Shown here: piece after piece, positions 8,966 through 18,275 of the stretch
Layout of the letters: every line of letters starts with the position of its first letter
Position numbering within the stretch: position 1 is the first letter of the stretch
Assembly (NCBI GenBank): GCA_938091905.1
Contig: CALKOM010000065.1
Span: forward strand, 1-27,195
Reading direction: 5' to 3'
Length of the DNA stretch: 27,195 nt
Source: an uncultured Verrucomicrobiales bacterium
GTDB lineage: Bacteria > Verrucomicrobiota > Verrucomicrobiia > Verrucomicrobiales > DEV007
The notes under the pieces: model-generated
Seen by the model: the letters and a program-made list of their open reading frames with translations, nothing else
What the model was told of the DNA's origin: nothing
Databases searched by the model: none
Position numbers and translations under genes: made by a program

Positions 8966-10555
8966 ATGCCGAGAACGCTCGTCTTTGCTCTGTTTCTGAT
9001 CGTTTTCGGCATCGGTGGTTACCTCCGTTTCCATGGCCTAACCATTCGATGGGATCACTCACAGAAAGACAAGACGAGCTTGCTTTACCGCCCATTCCAC
9101 ATGGACGAAGCCGTGCAGGGACGGAAACTTGGCAAGTTGCTCGATGATGGCGAATACGTCTACAATCCCGAGGACTTGCACGGTCCAGGCTTGATCTACA
9201 GCACACTCCCGCTTGCTTGGATTCGGGGCGAAAGAACCGGAGCGAGCCTAACGGATTTCACCTTGCGTGCCATTCCCGCTGCCTATGGGGTCGCGCTTCT
9301 CCTGCTACTCTGGGCTTGGCGTGAAGAACTTGGTAATGCCGCTTTTTTAGGTGGAGGAATCCTCTTCGCCGTGAGCCCCATCATGGTTTATTTCAGCCGC
9401 TACTACATCATGGAGGTCCCCATGGTCTTTTGGATCACGGTCTCCATGATTGCCGCTTGGCGTTACGTAAAACGCCCTGGCTACGGCTGGGCCATTCTCT
9501 TCGGAGTGGCTGGCGGGCTCACCCACATGACCAAAGAAACCGGAGCCATCTCGTTCTTCACCATGGCCGTCGCAGGAGCAGTGGTCCTGCTAAGCCACCG
9601 GCACTACCTTCGCACCGAAGGGCAGCATTGGAAACATTTGGGAGCTTCGGTTGGATTGGGACTCTTGGTCTCGATGATCGGTTTCAGCGTTTTCTTTCGA
9701 GAGCCAGAAGCCATCTGGGAAAGTATCCGCACCTATTTCCTCTATTTCGAGCGCGCCGAAGGAAGCGGTCATGAAAAACCATGGACTCACTATCTCAAGA
9801 TACTCGCGTGGAATCGCCAGCCCGAAGGCGGGCCTTATTGGACAGAGGCTCTGACACTCTTCTTTGGAGCGATCGGGCTCGTCATCGCGTTCACTCCAGC
9901 GGTCAAGAGCCTCGGCGATACCATCTTTTGGCGTTGGATTGGACTCTATACGATTCTCACAGCTGCCATCTACGCTGCCATTCCTTACAAGACGCCCTGG
10001 AGCATGCTATGCTGGGTATTCACCTTAATGCTCATGGCTGGCCTTGGACTTGCCTTCTTGATTAGCCTTCGGCGCTTCTACCTCGTCGTGCCAGTGATCG
10101 CATTGCTTACCTTTGGCTGGGGATTAGTCGATTTATCTAAACAGACGAAGTACAGCGTCACGACTTTCCGAGCTGACTATCGGAATCCTTTCGTTTATGC
10201 CCACTCACCTGCCAAGCTTATAGACCTGGTACGCAATGTGCATGACATGGCAGCAGTACATCCTCAGAAGAAGAAATTGACGATCGCCTTGTGCGATAAA
10301 GATGTCGGTTGGCCACTACCTTGGTACTTTCGCGCGTTTCCCAACCTTGGACTAGCAAGATCGCTACCAAGCGATTTTGATGTTCTCCGCGCCCAAGATG
10401 TTGTCATTATTTCTCCCGAGTACGACGCCGCCATGATGGAAGCCACCTCAGAGACTCATGCCTACGAAACGATGTATGGGATTCGTGATGACCTCAAAGT
10501 CTATAACTATGTCGAGAAAGAGCTCTATGAGCGCTTCCTAGATTCCAGAGGCTAA
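8966..10555 (+). CDS. TIGR03663/Agl23-like GT-C (PMT-like) multi-pass membrane glycosyltransferase
   Basis: RPFHMDEAVQ (GT-C DE motif), YVYNPEDLHGP, SPIMVYFSRYYIME, TKET, YKTPW, WPLPWYFR; about 10 or more hydrophobic segments. ATG 8966 lies 5 nt after the tolB stop. Confidence 0.82.
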   Translation: MPRTLVFALFLIVFGIGGYLRFHGLTIRWDHSQKDKTSLLYRPFHMDEAVQGRKLGKLLDDGEYVYNPEDLHGPGLIYSTLPLAWIRGERTGASLTDFTLRAIPAAYGVALLLLLWAWREELGNAAFLGGGILFAVSPIMVYFSRYYIMEVPMVFWITVSMIAAWRYVKRPGYGWAILFGVAGGLTHMTKETGAISFFTMAVAGAVVLLSHRHYLRTEGQHWKHLGASVGLGLLVSMIGFSVFFREPEAIWESIRTYFLYFERAEGSGHEKPWTHYLKILAWNRQPEGGPYWTEALTLFFGAIGLVIAFTPAVKSLGDTIFWRWIGLYTILTAAIYAAIPYKTPWSMLCWVFTLMLMAGLGLAFLISLRRFYLVVPVIALLTFGWGLVDLSKQTKYSVTTFRADYRNPFVYAHSPAKLIDLVRNVHDMAAVHPQKKKLTIALCDKDVGWPLPWYFRAFPNLGLARSLPSDFDVLRAQDVVIISPEYDAAMMEATSETHAYETMYGIRDDLKVYNYVEKELYERFLDSRG

Positions 10556-10560
10556 CGACG

Positions 10561-11349
10561 ATGAGCCAGATCCATCGATTTGATCATTCTGCGATGGCCA
10601 CACCGTGGACCATTACCATTGCGGATGAAGACGCCGATTCATCGGCATGGGCAGCGGAACAGGCCATCGCGGTGATTGATCGGATCGAAGAGGATCTCAG
10701 CCGTTTCAAATCTACCTCGTATGTCAGTCAGTTAGGTAGACTACAGGCAGGACATCAAATCAACGTCAGCCGCGAAACCTACGAATGCCTCGAACTTGCC
10801 ATGGCGGTCTGGCACGAAACAAAGGGCGCCTTTGACGTCACTGTCGCACGCGAAGCCTCATCGGATGAGACCTGGACTTCCGGAATGAAACAATTCGCTC
10901 TTTGCGAAAATGAACGAATCCAAGTCTCTGAGGCTGGTCTGGCTCTTGATCTGGGTGGACTCGGGAAAGGATTCGCGTTGGACGAGATCAGCCAGCTCTA
11001 TCAAGAGCACGACATTGCCAATGCCTTTCTAGATTCGGGCGGAAGCACGTTCCTAGCCATGGGCAACGAAAGCGCCGCAGCCGAGGGCTGGCCTGCGTCG
11101 ATCGGGCCTTACGGCGTCATCGCACTGAAGAACCAAGCTTTAAGCGCTTCCGGATTTGAGGTTCAGGGTCAACACATCATCGATCCCCGTACGGGATTAC
11201 CCGTGGAGACCGGTCGGCAGCGTACTTGGGTTCAAACAGAATCCGCCGCACTAGCAGACGCTCTGTCCACGGCGACCTTGGTGATGTCTGATGAAGAGAT
11301 CGAGCAATTCTGTGAAGCTCACCCCGAAGTCACGGTGATGATGGGATAG
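10561..11349 (+). CDS. apbE: FAD:protein FMN transferase (ApbE family), no signal peptide
   Basis: AMAT, LSRF…S, TKGAFDVT, LDLGGLGKGFALD, HIIDPRTG and ADALSTA motifs. Confidence 0.92.
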   Translation: MSQIHRFDHSAMATPWTITIADEDADSSAWAAEQAIAVIDRIEEDLSRFKSTSYVSQLGRLQAGHQINVSRETYECLELAMAVWHETKGAFDVTVAREASSDETWTSGMKQFALCENERIQVSEAGLALDLGGLGKGFALDEISQLYQEHDIANAFLDSGGSTFLAMGNESAAAEGWPASIGPYGVIALKNQALSASGFEVQGQHIIDPRTGLPVETGRQRTWVQTESAALADALSTATLVMSDEEIEQFCEAHPEVTVMMG

Positions 11350-11352
11350 GCC

Positions 11353-13131
11353 TTAGTTCGCATGCACCGTTAAGATCCGCCGGATTTCATCAATAGCATC
11401 TGGATGGCGGTGCGCGCTATGCCATGATCCAACGATCTTCTCCGAAGTCGCTCCCTTGAGGTGCGAGCTCGCGTAACTAACGACGCCATCTGAACTTGCT
11501 GGGGCATTCCCCAGGCCTCGGTCCCCGCAGATCGTGTGAAATGTTACTCGTTCATCGATCGGCAATTCACTCAGGGTCCTGAGAACAGGATTGGAGTATT
11601 TCAAACGCGTCACACTGTTAGGAGCAAGATCAATCATCGATAATCCCGTGTCGGTGATCTCCTGCACAATTCCCGTGAGATTCAGGGTCAACACGTCGTT
11701 CGGCAACTTAATAAGGCGCGAGGTAAGACGACCGATCCAACTGTCGGCAATCGTGCTACCGCGGTGCGGGGTCGCCACGAAGATGGCCCGACGAATGTAG
11801 CCTTCAGGGCTCATGTGGAGCAAATCGCGAAGCCTATTCTTTGTCGCCTGGTCAGCACTGAGCTGATCAAGAGGATGTTTAAAAAACTGGTGCATCGCAG
11901 CATCATCCGTCCGACGAATCTGAGCGCTGGAAATAAGCCCACCCATGCTATGGCCAATGAGAACAATTCTATCCAGGACAGGCAACCTGTCTGCAGGATC
12001 AAAGTGACGCCGCACTTCACGAATGGTTCTCCGCAAATCTGCTGCCGGATAGAGGAATGGATAGCCAGAAGGGTATTGATAGATCCAGAACTGATACCGT
12101 TCACGAATCACAGGATCGGCAAGAAGCCCATTGATGGTCTCATCCCAAGTGGCTCCACTTGACGCCAACCCATGGACAAAGATCACAGGAATGGCATCCT
12201 CACGAAATGGCTCCGTTAGGGTTAACCGCATAATATCATCTGCCTCGCCTGGACGGAATAGACCAAGAAAGGCCTTCTTGTTCGGATCTTCGTCAACGAA
12301 ACGTGCCCAGGAGGCCGAGTAATCCGTCGCCAACGGCAATTCCTTTCCTCCTACGCGCAAACTATCTTCGCGCAAAGAATCGTAGAATGTCAGCGTCACT
12401 TGTCGCCCCTTAAAGCTTAGCACCGCCGTAAGCGGTTGGTAAAGGCCACCCAACGGGAAATAGGGTCTAACATCGGGATCTTCGAGCGGATTCTTCCCCG
12501 CTACGAACGGAGCCCCTAACCCCAACTGATTGACCCGCTCTCTAAAACCATTCACTTGCACCGAATCTGCCGCCATCAGGCTATCAAAGCGGAACGGATT
12601 GACACGATCCTCAGTTTCCACCGTATTCACGCGCAAACGAAACGCGCCTTGAAAGGCAGGAATACCAACAGCGATGCGACGCTGATTGAGAAGTTCCACC
12701 ACGCGAGCTGTGGCGTACTGATGCGCATGAGCAAAGAACACACCACTGGCGCTCGTACGTTCATGAAGAAAGGGAAGCGTACGTTCAGCCGCGACCAAGT
12801 AGAGTCCCATCGCCCTGTCAGTTTCACCACCTTCTCCCAGGTGATTCGCCGCGTCGATGCACTGCTCAACAAGAGCTTGCTGCGAGTCACGATCTCGCCC
12901 GACTTTTTTATCAAAACCAGCCAACGTATCATACGGCGCACGTTTCAGATCTCCCTGCGACAAGCCCGCTTGCTTCATGGCGGCAATCGTCACCTTAGTC
13001 AATCCATGCTCGTTGAGCGCACAACGCCCCAAATGCTCATAGCACTCTCCCGTCGCTAAAGGTTCAAATCGAACCGAAGAACAGCTCGCAAAGGTCCCAA
13101 TAAACACTAACAAAAACAGACACCTGGTCAT
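11353..13131 (-). CDS. Lipoprotein alpha/beta-fold hydrolase (esterase/lipase-like)
   Basis: Lipobox-like MTRCLFLLVFIGTFASC; VIFVHGL, GHSMGG nucleophile elbow, ATPHRGS, SDGVV and C-terminal His. ATG 13131 preferred over 13164. Confidence 0.88.
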   Translation of the reverse strand: MTRCLFLLVFIGTFASCSSVRFEPLATGECYEHLGRCALNEHGLTKVTIAAMKQAGLSQGDLKRAPYDTLAGFDKKVGRDRDSQQALVEQCIDAANHLGEGGETDRAMGLYLVAAERTLPFLHERTSASGVFFAHAHQYATARVVELLNQRRIAVGIPAFQGAFRLRVNTVETEDRVNPFRFDSLMAADSVQVNGFRERVNQLGLGAPFVAGKNPLEDPDVRPYFPLGGLYQPLTAVLSFKGRQVTLTFYDSLREDSLRVGGKELPLATDYSASWARFVDEDPNKKAFLGLFRPGEADDIMRLTLTEPFREDAIPVIFVHGLASSGATWDETINGLLADPVIRERYQFWIYQYPSGYPFLYPAADLRRTIREVRRHFDPADRLPVLDRIVLIGHSMGGLISSAQIRRTDDAAMHQFFKHPLDQLSADQATKNRLRDLLHMSPEGYIRRAIFVATPHRGSTIADSWIGRLTSRLIKLPNDVLTLNLTGIVQEITDTGLSMIDLAPNSVTRLKYSNPVLRTLSELPIDERVTFHTICGDRGLGNAPASSDGVVSYASSHLKGATSEKIVGSWHSAHRHPDAIDEIRRILTVHAN

Positions 13132-13144
13132 AAACGCGCTTGAA

Positions 13145-14017
13145 CTAAAACAAAGGCTTCTCACAAACCAACGAATACATCAACGGCATCTTAGGCAACC
13201 CTTCAGGAAGGTAAATTTGGCGCCCCTCTTTCTCAATCATTTCGGGAAAAGGCCGCCACCCATTGCAGTAAGGATACTCCTGAAGATGCGTGACGCGCAA
13301 ACCTGTTTGCAACAGTGCTCCGATCACGTCTCCCAATCCCCAAGAGAACGAGTAGGCCACATGGGGATTCTCGTAGGGCGTGGTCACGACCGCTGCTTTG
13401 TCGGCGTTGCCAATCAGGCCAGGGCCAGAATCGCCGACATAGTCTCCGACTCCATCGACATCCTCTACCATCGCCCCTCCCATGCAGTCGAATGTCGGCT
13501 TCCACGCCCCCTCGTCATCAAAGATAAAAAACAGCGGGTGAAACTCAACGAGCACAAAACGTCCACCCGGCTTGAGCAGACGCTCCACGCCCCGCCCCCA
13601 TTTCTTGATGTCAAAAAGCCATGGAATCGCGCCATAGGACGAAAAAACGACGTCGACGGTTGGCAATTCAGGTTGGGCAAACCAGTCGAACAAATTTGCC
13701 CGTATAAAGCTTCCTTTAATCCCGCTCGTCTCCGCTAGAGATTCCGCCACGGAAATAGCCTCCTCACTCATGTCCACCCCTAGCACATGCGCCCCCAAGT
13801 GCTTGGCAATGCTCAGCGAGTCCTGCCCGCAGTTACATTGGAGGTGGACCAGAGATTTACCGCTCAGGTCTCCTAACAAGTCAGATTCTTCAGGAAAAAG
13901 TGTCGACTCGCCACTGCGCAGGGAAGCAGCCTGATCCCACTTGTGATCATTGTGCCGTGCCGTTGCATGGTTCCAAGAACGTCGATTGGCTTCGTGAATT
14001 TCCTGTAGATCAGGCAT
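13145..14017 (-). CDS. Class I SAM-dependent methyltransferase
   Basis: ANRRSWN, LVHLQCNCGQDSLS (motif I), GVDMS, DVVFSSYG, LLKPGGRFVLVEFHP. True start likely ATG 14017 because the longer ORF overlaps the divergent gene. Confidence 0.9.
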   Translation of the reverse strand: MPDLQEIHEANRRSWNHATARHNDHKWDQAASLRSGESTLFPEESDLLGDLSGKSLVHLQCNCGQDSLSIAKHLGAHVLGVDMSEEAISVAESLAETSGIKGSFIRANLFDWFAQPELPTVDVVFSSYGAIPWLFDIKKWGRGVERLLKPGGRFVLVEFHPLFFIFDDEGAWKPTFDCMGGAMVEDVDGVGDYVGDSGPGLIGNADKAAVVTTPYENPHVAYSFSWGLGDVIGALLQTGLRVTHLQEYPYCNGWRPFPEMIEKEGRQIYLPEGLPKMPLMYSLVCEKPLF

Positions 14018-14067
14018 AATTGGGGGGTAGCATTTCCTAGCAAACCTGTCTACCCACACCCGATCTG

Positions 14068-14721
14068 ATGCGCCATCCCATCCTTGCCCGAGGCCTCGCG
14101 ACTGACTTGCGAGCGAGTTTACGTCAAGCAGACGTCGATCACGCAGCTTTCGCACAACCACTCGCCCTTTGCGACTTGGCAACCTGTCGCGCCACGTGCT
14201 GCCACGACGGCGTCGTCTTGGACTCGGAAGAGGTCACGTTGCTAGGCCCGCTCATCGAGGAACTTGCGTCCTATGGCATCGCCGGTCCAGCAATAGGCCT
14301 GTTTCACCAGCAGTCCAACGGCCAAACCAAGACCGCCACGCGCCCATCCGAGGCCCACGAACGAGCCATCGATTTCCCCGATCACTTTCCACAGACGCGA
14401 TGCGTGTTCTTGGATTCCGAGCATCGCTGCACTTGGCAGCGCCTAGCTCATGACCGAGGCGAGGCTCCATGGACTTACAAGCCCGTGTCCTGCTGGATGC
14501 ACCCCGTGGCTCTCCTGCCCGGCGAGCCACCATGCCTCACGGTCGCTGGAAACCCCGAGACCCCTGCAGATTTCGCCTCAAATACCCACTGCGGTCGTCC
14601 ATGCAAGCTGGGCACTCCCGCGCGAGACACGCTCAGCGAGGAATTGCGCCTCCTGGGCGCGATCGCAGGCCGCGACTTCCTCCTCGAATTGTCCATCGGG
14701 CGAGGCCAAAGTCCCGTTTGA
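14068..14721 (+). CDS. Cysteine-cluster protein (DUF3109/YkgJ-like, putative Fe-S or Zn binding)
   Basis: CDLATCRATCCHDG, CVFL…RC, KPVSCWMHP, CGRPC. Confidence 0.75.
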   Translation: MRHPILARGLATDLRASLRQADVDHAAFAQPLALCDLATCRATCCHDGVVLDSEEVTLLGPLIEELASYGIAGPAIGLFHQQSNGQTKTATRPSEAHERAIDFPDHFPQTRCVFLDSEHRCTWQRLAHDRGEAPWTYKPVSCWMHPVALLPGEPPCLTVAGNPETPADFASNTHCGRPCKLGTPARDTLSEELRLLGAIAGRDFLLELSIGRGQSPV

Positions 14722-14823
14722 GACGTTCCTCTCCGAGGCCCATATTAGCCTTGTCGGGGTTTCCGCCCTGGTCTAGCCATAAAATACAACTCTGGTGTGT
14801 CTGAAATCTACGAAAACCCTACT

Positions 14824-17016
14824 ATGCGATTTATCCGCCCTCTTGCTACTTTCTCCCTGCTCGCAACGACAGCGTTGATCGCTGAAGTCGGGGATGTCCA
14901 CGGCCCCATCTGCTCGTGGCATCTCGACCCCACCTCTACGATGACAATCCAGTGGGTTGAAAAATCTGATGCTCCCGTGCCCAGCAAACGCTGGTGGAGC
15001 GCCAAAGCTGGTTTCGGATACGGTGACGATGATGATACGACGATCCTCGACATGGAGGGGAAGTTTGCTAGACTCTACCTCCGCAAAGAGTTCAATGTGA
15101 AAGACGTTCCAAAGGTCGCGCAAATGAACCCTGCGGGAAAGTGGAGTGCCAAAACCAAGATCGGCGAGGAAGACTACGAATTTAGGGCCGACCTCACATT
15201 CAAGGACGACAAACTCTCTGGTACAATCACACAGAGGGGTGGCGCCCCCAAAGAGCTCAAATCTGGTTATGTCAGCGGAAACCGTATCCATTTTGTGGCA
15301 GAACTCACCGTAGTCGCTGCACCGTTGACAGTGGATGTTAGTGCCACACTAAAAGATAATAAGCTCGAAGGCGACTGGAAAGCTACTGATGCGGACGGAA
15401 AGGAACTCGCGAAGAATTCTCTTGTGATGGAGAGGATCATTTCCGAAGAAGAGAAGAAGGTCGAGGACGCCAAGAGTGACGAACAGAAGAAGAAAGAAGA
15501 AGAGGAGAGAAAGAAGAATCAGAAGCAAGTTCTCGAGGTTGATAAATTCGTCATGCAGCTTCGCATCAAGTATGACGACGCCTTTATCGCCTACTTAAAC
15601 GGCGAAGAGATCCATCGCGTAGGAATCAAAGAAGGGCGCGGTAGAGACGCCAAAGAGATCGCTCAACACGATGCCGACAAGGAAGAGGTCTTCGAAATTG
15701 ATAACAAATTTAATCGTCTGCTCAAAGAAGGTAAGAATCTCCTCGCCATCGAAGGCCACAACCGCGGCCTCGACAGTTCTGATTTCACACTCGATCCTAA
15801 ATTTTGGGTAAAAGTTGACAAGAAGGAGCACAAGTTCATCGACGGTGGCCAGGATTGGGATTTCTTCCTTGGAGACCCTGCAGACAACTGGGCTACGGCA
15901 GAGATCAAGTCAAAGCCCTTGCCCGCCCTTGCCGAGAACGTCCCGGCACACGTTTTACACTATGGAGAGCGCGGCCAGGCGCTCAATCGCAAGGCAACAG
16001 CCGAGCGGCTGGCGTTCGCCGATACCTTTAACATCGTTCACCGCGTCGTCCTGACGGGATTACGACCAGACCGTGGCTATGCCTTCGAAATATATCGGCC
16101 GGGCGAATCTCGTCGCTTGAAAAATAGAAAGTTCTTGTTCAAGACGGCTCCAGCAACACGTGGCGAAAGTCTCACCTTCGTCACGGGTGGCGACATGTTT
16201 CATAAGAGGAACCTCCTAGATGACATGAATCGCCAAGCGTCCGACCACGACCCATTGTTCGCTCTCTTAGGAGGTGATCTCGCCTATGCCGATGGCAAAA
16301 AGGCAGAAAAATGGTACGATTGGTTAGACTCTTGGAATGACTGGTGCGAGACCACGGACGATTACATGATCCCGATGGTCTTGGCCATCGGCAACCACGA
16401 GTGCAGCAAGGAGATCAAAAACGTCAAAGTAGAAGAGAGGGCTAAGTTCAGGCCCGAAGAGAACGCCAAATTCTTCTATAGCTTGTTCCCACTGCCCGAA
16501 GGCAAATCCAACTACGCTTTGGACTTCGGCAACTACATGAGCATCGTTTGCCTGGACTCCTGCCACACGCAAATGCCAAAGGACCAAGTCGAGTGGTTAG
16601 ACAAAGCTCTGAGTGAGCGCCAAAACGTGCCGAACTTGTATGCCTGCTACCACAAGCCGACCTATGGAAGTTTAGTCAAGGACGACGATATGGAAGTGCG
16701 CAAACACTTCGTCCCTCTCTTCGACAAGTATGGCGTTGATGTCGCCTTTGAGAATGACCATCACGTTTACAAGCGCACGTTGCCTCTAAAAGGTGATGTC
16801 ATTCATCCAGACGGCACGATCTACATGGGTGACGGCTCCTGGGGCGTCGATCTGCGCGACATCCCGTGGGACAAGGCTACCAAGCTCGACTATCTTGTTA
16901 GAGCAGCCAAAGCGAACAACCTTATTCGCGTCCGGCTGTCAGAGGGGCAGCAGCGTTATGATGCGTTCAATGCGAAGGGTGAGCCCTTGGACGGTATCAT
17001 CCGATTCACGAAGTAG
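14824..17016 (+). CDS. Secreted metallophosphoesterase (purple acid phosphatase-like) with inserted jelly-roll and beta domains
   Basis: Signal peptide MRFIRPLATFSLLATTALIA; FN3-like DPTSTMTIQW…HRVVLTGLRPD; catalytic motifs GGD, GGDLAY, GNHE, YHKP, ENDHH. Confidence 0.88.
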   Translation: MRFIRPLATFSLLATTALIAEVGDVHGPICSWHLDPTSTMTIQWVEKSDAPVPSKRWWSAKAGFGYGDDDDTTILDMEGKFARLYLRKEFNVKDVPKVAQMNPAGKWSAKTKIGEEDYEFRADLTFKDDKLSGTITQRGGAPKELKSGYVSGNRIHFVAELTVVAAPLTVDVSATLKDNKLEGDWKATDADGKELAKNSLVMERIISEEEKKVEDAKSDEQKKKEEEERKKNQKQVLEVDKFVMQLRIKYDDAFIAYLNGEEIHRVGIKEGRGRDAKEIAQHDADKEEVFEIDNKFNRLLKEGKNLLAIEGHNRGLDSSDFTLDPKFWVKVDKKEHKFIDGGQDWDFFLGDPADNWATAEIKSKPLPALAENVPAHVLHYGERGQALNRKATAERLAFADTFNIVHRVVLTGLRPDRGYAFEIYRPGESRRLKNRKFLFKTAPATRGESLTFVTGGDMFHKRNLLDDMNRQASDHDPLFALLGGDLAYADGKKAEKWYDWLDSWNDWCETTDDYMIPMVLAIGNHECSKEIKNVKVEERAKFRPEENAKFFYSLFPLPEGKSNYALDFGNYMSIVCLDSCHTQMPKDQVEWLDKALSERQNVPNLYACYHKPTYGSLVKDDDMEVRKHFVPLFDKYGVDVAFENDHHVYKRTLPLKGDVIHPDGTIYMGDGSWGVDLRDIPWDKATKLDYLVRAAKANNLIRVRLSEGQQRYDAFNAKGEPLDGIIRFTK

Positions 17017-17028
17017 GTCAACTTGCCA

Positions 17029-17340
17029 CTACTACGATCGAATTTCGCGAACCTCCTACGAATCGGTTTCCGTTCCCCCACCGGTAATCGAATCGGCTGG
17101 CAGGGAAGCATGGCGTCCCCCAAACAGGATAGGCTGGGACTCATGGCACCCCATCGCGAGAGGCGGCCAGGGACGCCACGTCCCTTTGCTAGGGTCGAGT
17201 GCCTCCACCTCGCTATTAGCTGGTTTCCTGGACCCACTCTCTCCACTAATAACAAGATACTCATCACCAATCGTTAGACTGGCCGTGACGGCATGAGGCG
17301 TTGGCACATCACCCTCTGAAGATGGTAGTGTCATCCAGGC
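17029..17340 (-). pseudogene. 3' fragment of a Kelch-repeat protein gene
   Basis: WMTLPSSEGDVPTPHAVTASLTIGDEYLVISGESGSRKPANSEVEALDPSKGTWRPWPPL…TGGGTETDS*EV resembles the last two Kelch repeats; GG is degraded to SG, there is a probable premature TAG at 17056-17058, and the 5' part is missing. Confidence 0.7.
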
Positions 17341-18270
17341 TCCTTTATCGAAGTCGTAGACAACTGCTGCGGAGGTCGCGCCTTCGACGGACGACTAAAC
17401 GATATCGCAGTCTGGAACAAAGTGCTCAGCGACATGGAGATCGCTGAACGGTTCCAAGCCGGAATCGCCGGCATAGGGGTGACGCCCAGTGCTGGCTTCA
17501 GCATCACGGAAATCAGCCGATAAGATGCAAACAATGTAATGCTAACGTTGACCGATCAAGCTGGTCAATATTTTTTGTTCCGATCAAGCGTAACGTTAGA
17601 GAAAGGTGCTTGGACCACCGTTCATTCAAACGTCGCTGCGGCAGCTGACGGGGCGACCACTTCGGCGACCGTCGTGATCACAGATGACTTAGCATTCTAT
17701 CGAGTAGAGCGTTCTGCTGCTCCTGCATACTTATCAGAAGACTTTGAAGGAGAAGTCGTCGGCTGGACGACACAGACAAACGGTTCCGCATCGGCAACGA
17801 CTTGGGAGCTTGGCACACCAACCGTCGTCGGTCCGCCCGCTGCGAACAGCGGCACGAATCTCTATGGCACAGACCTCGACGCGGCTTACGAAGATTTCAC
17901 ACTTGGGGAGGAAAACAAAGGCATCACTCTACTCTCGCCTGTCATTAACCTTGCTGGAGACACCTTCGTCACCTTGGAATTCGCTTACTTCCTCGATCTC
18001 GCAGCCGACGAGCAAGGAGGTGGGCGCATCAACATTCTGGACGAACAAGGCGGCTCCTTCATATCGATCGAACCATTGTTAACCGGCTCTAACATCGCGC
18101 CTGAAGAGGTCGTTTCAGGTGAATGGGCCAAGATTGGCCCTATTCGCCTCCCTCAGAACGTCACCGATGCGATTAAGATCATGATCGAATTCGAATTCGA
18201 ATTCCTCAGCGCAGAGAGCGCGGAAGCCAACGGAGGTAGCCTCCATATAGATGACATCGTTGTTAAATAG
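17341..18270 (+). pseudogene. 3' remnant of a large secreted LamG-domain protein
   Basis: In-frame DNCCGGRAFDGRLNDIAVWNKVLSDMEI (LamG C-terminus), internal TAA at 17521-17523, then the same frame continues as the 243-aa ORF (…AFYRVER, SEDFEG…WELGTPT…IDDIVVK). No start or signal peptide upstream. Confidence 0.8.
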
Positions 18271-18275
18271 TTCCC

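Noticed and set aside
9236..9247. TGAS in the GT-C protein as an ApbE flavinylation site
   Set aside because: Lacks the upstream Asp context, a 4-residue match is expected by chance, and the neighbouring ApbE looks cytoplasmic.
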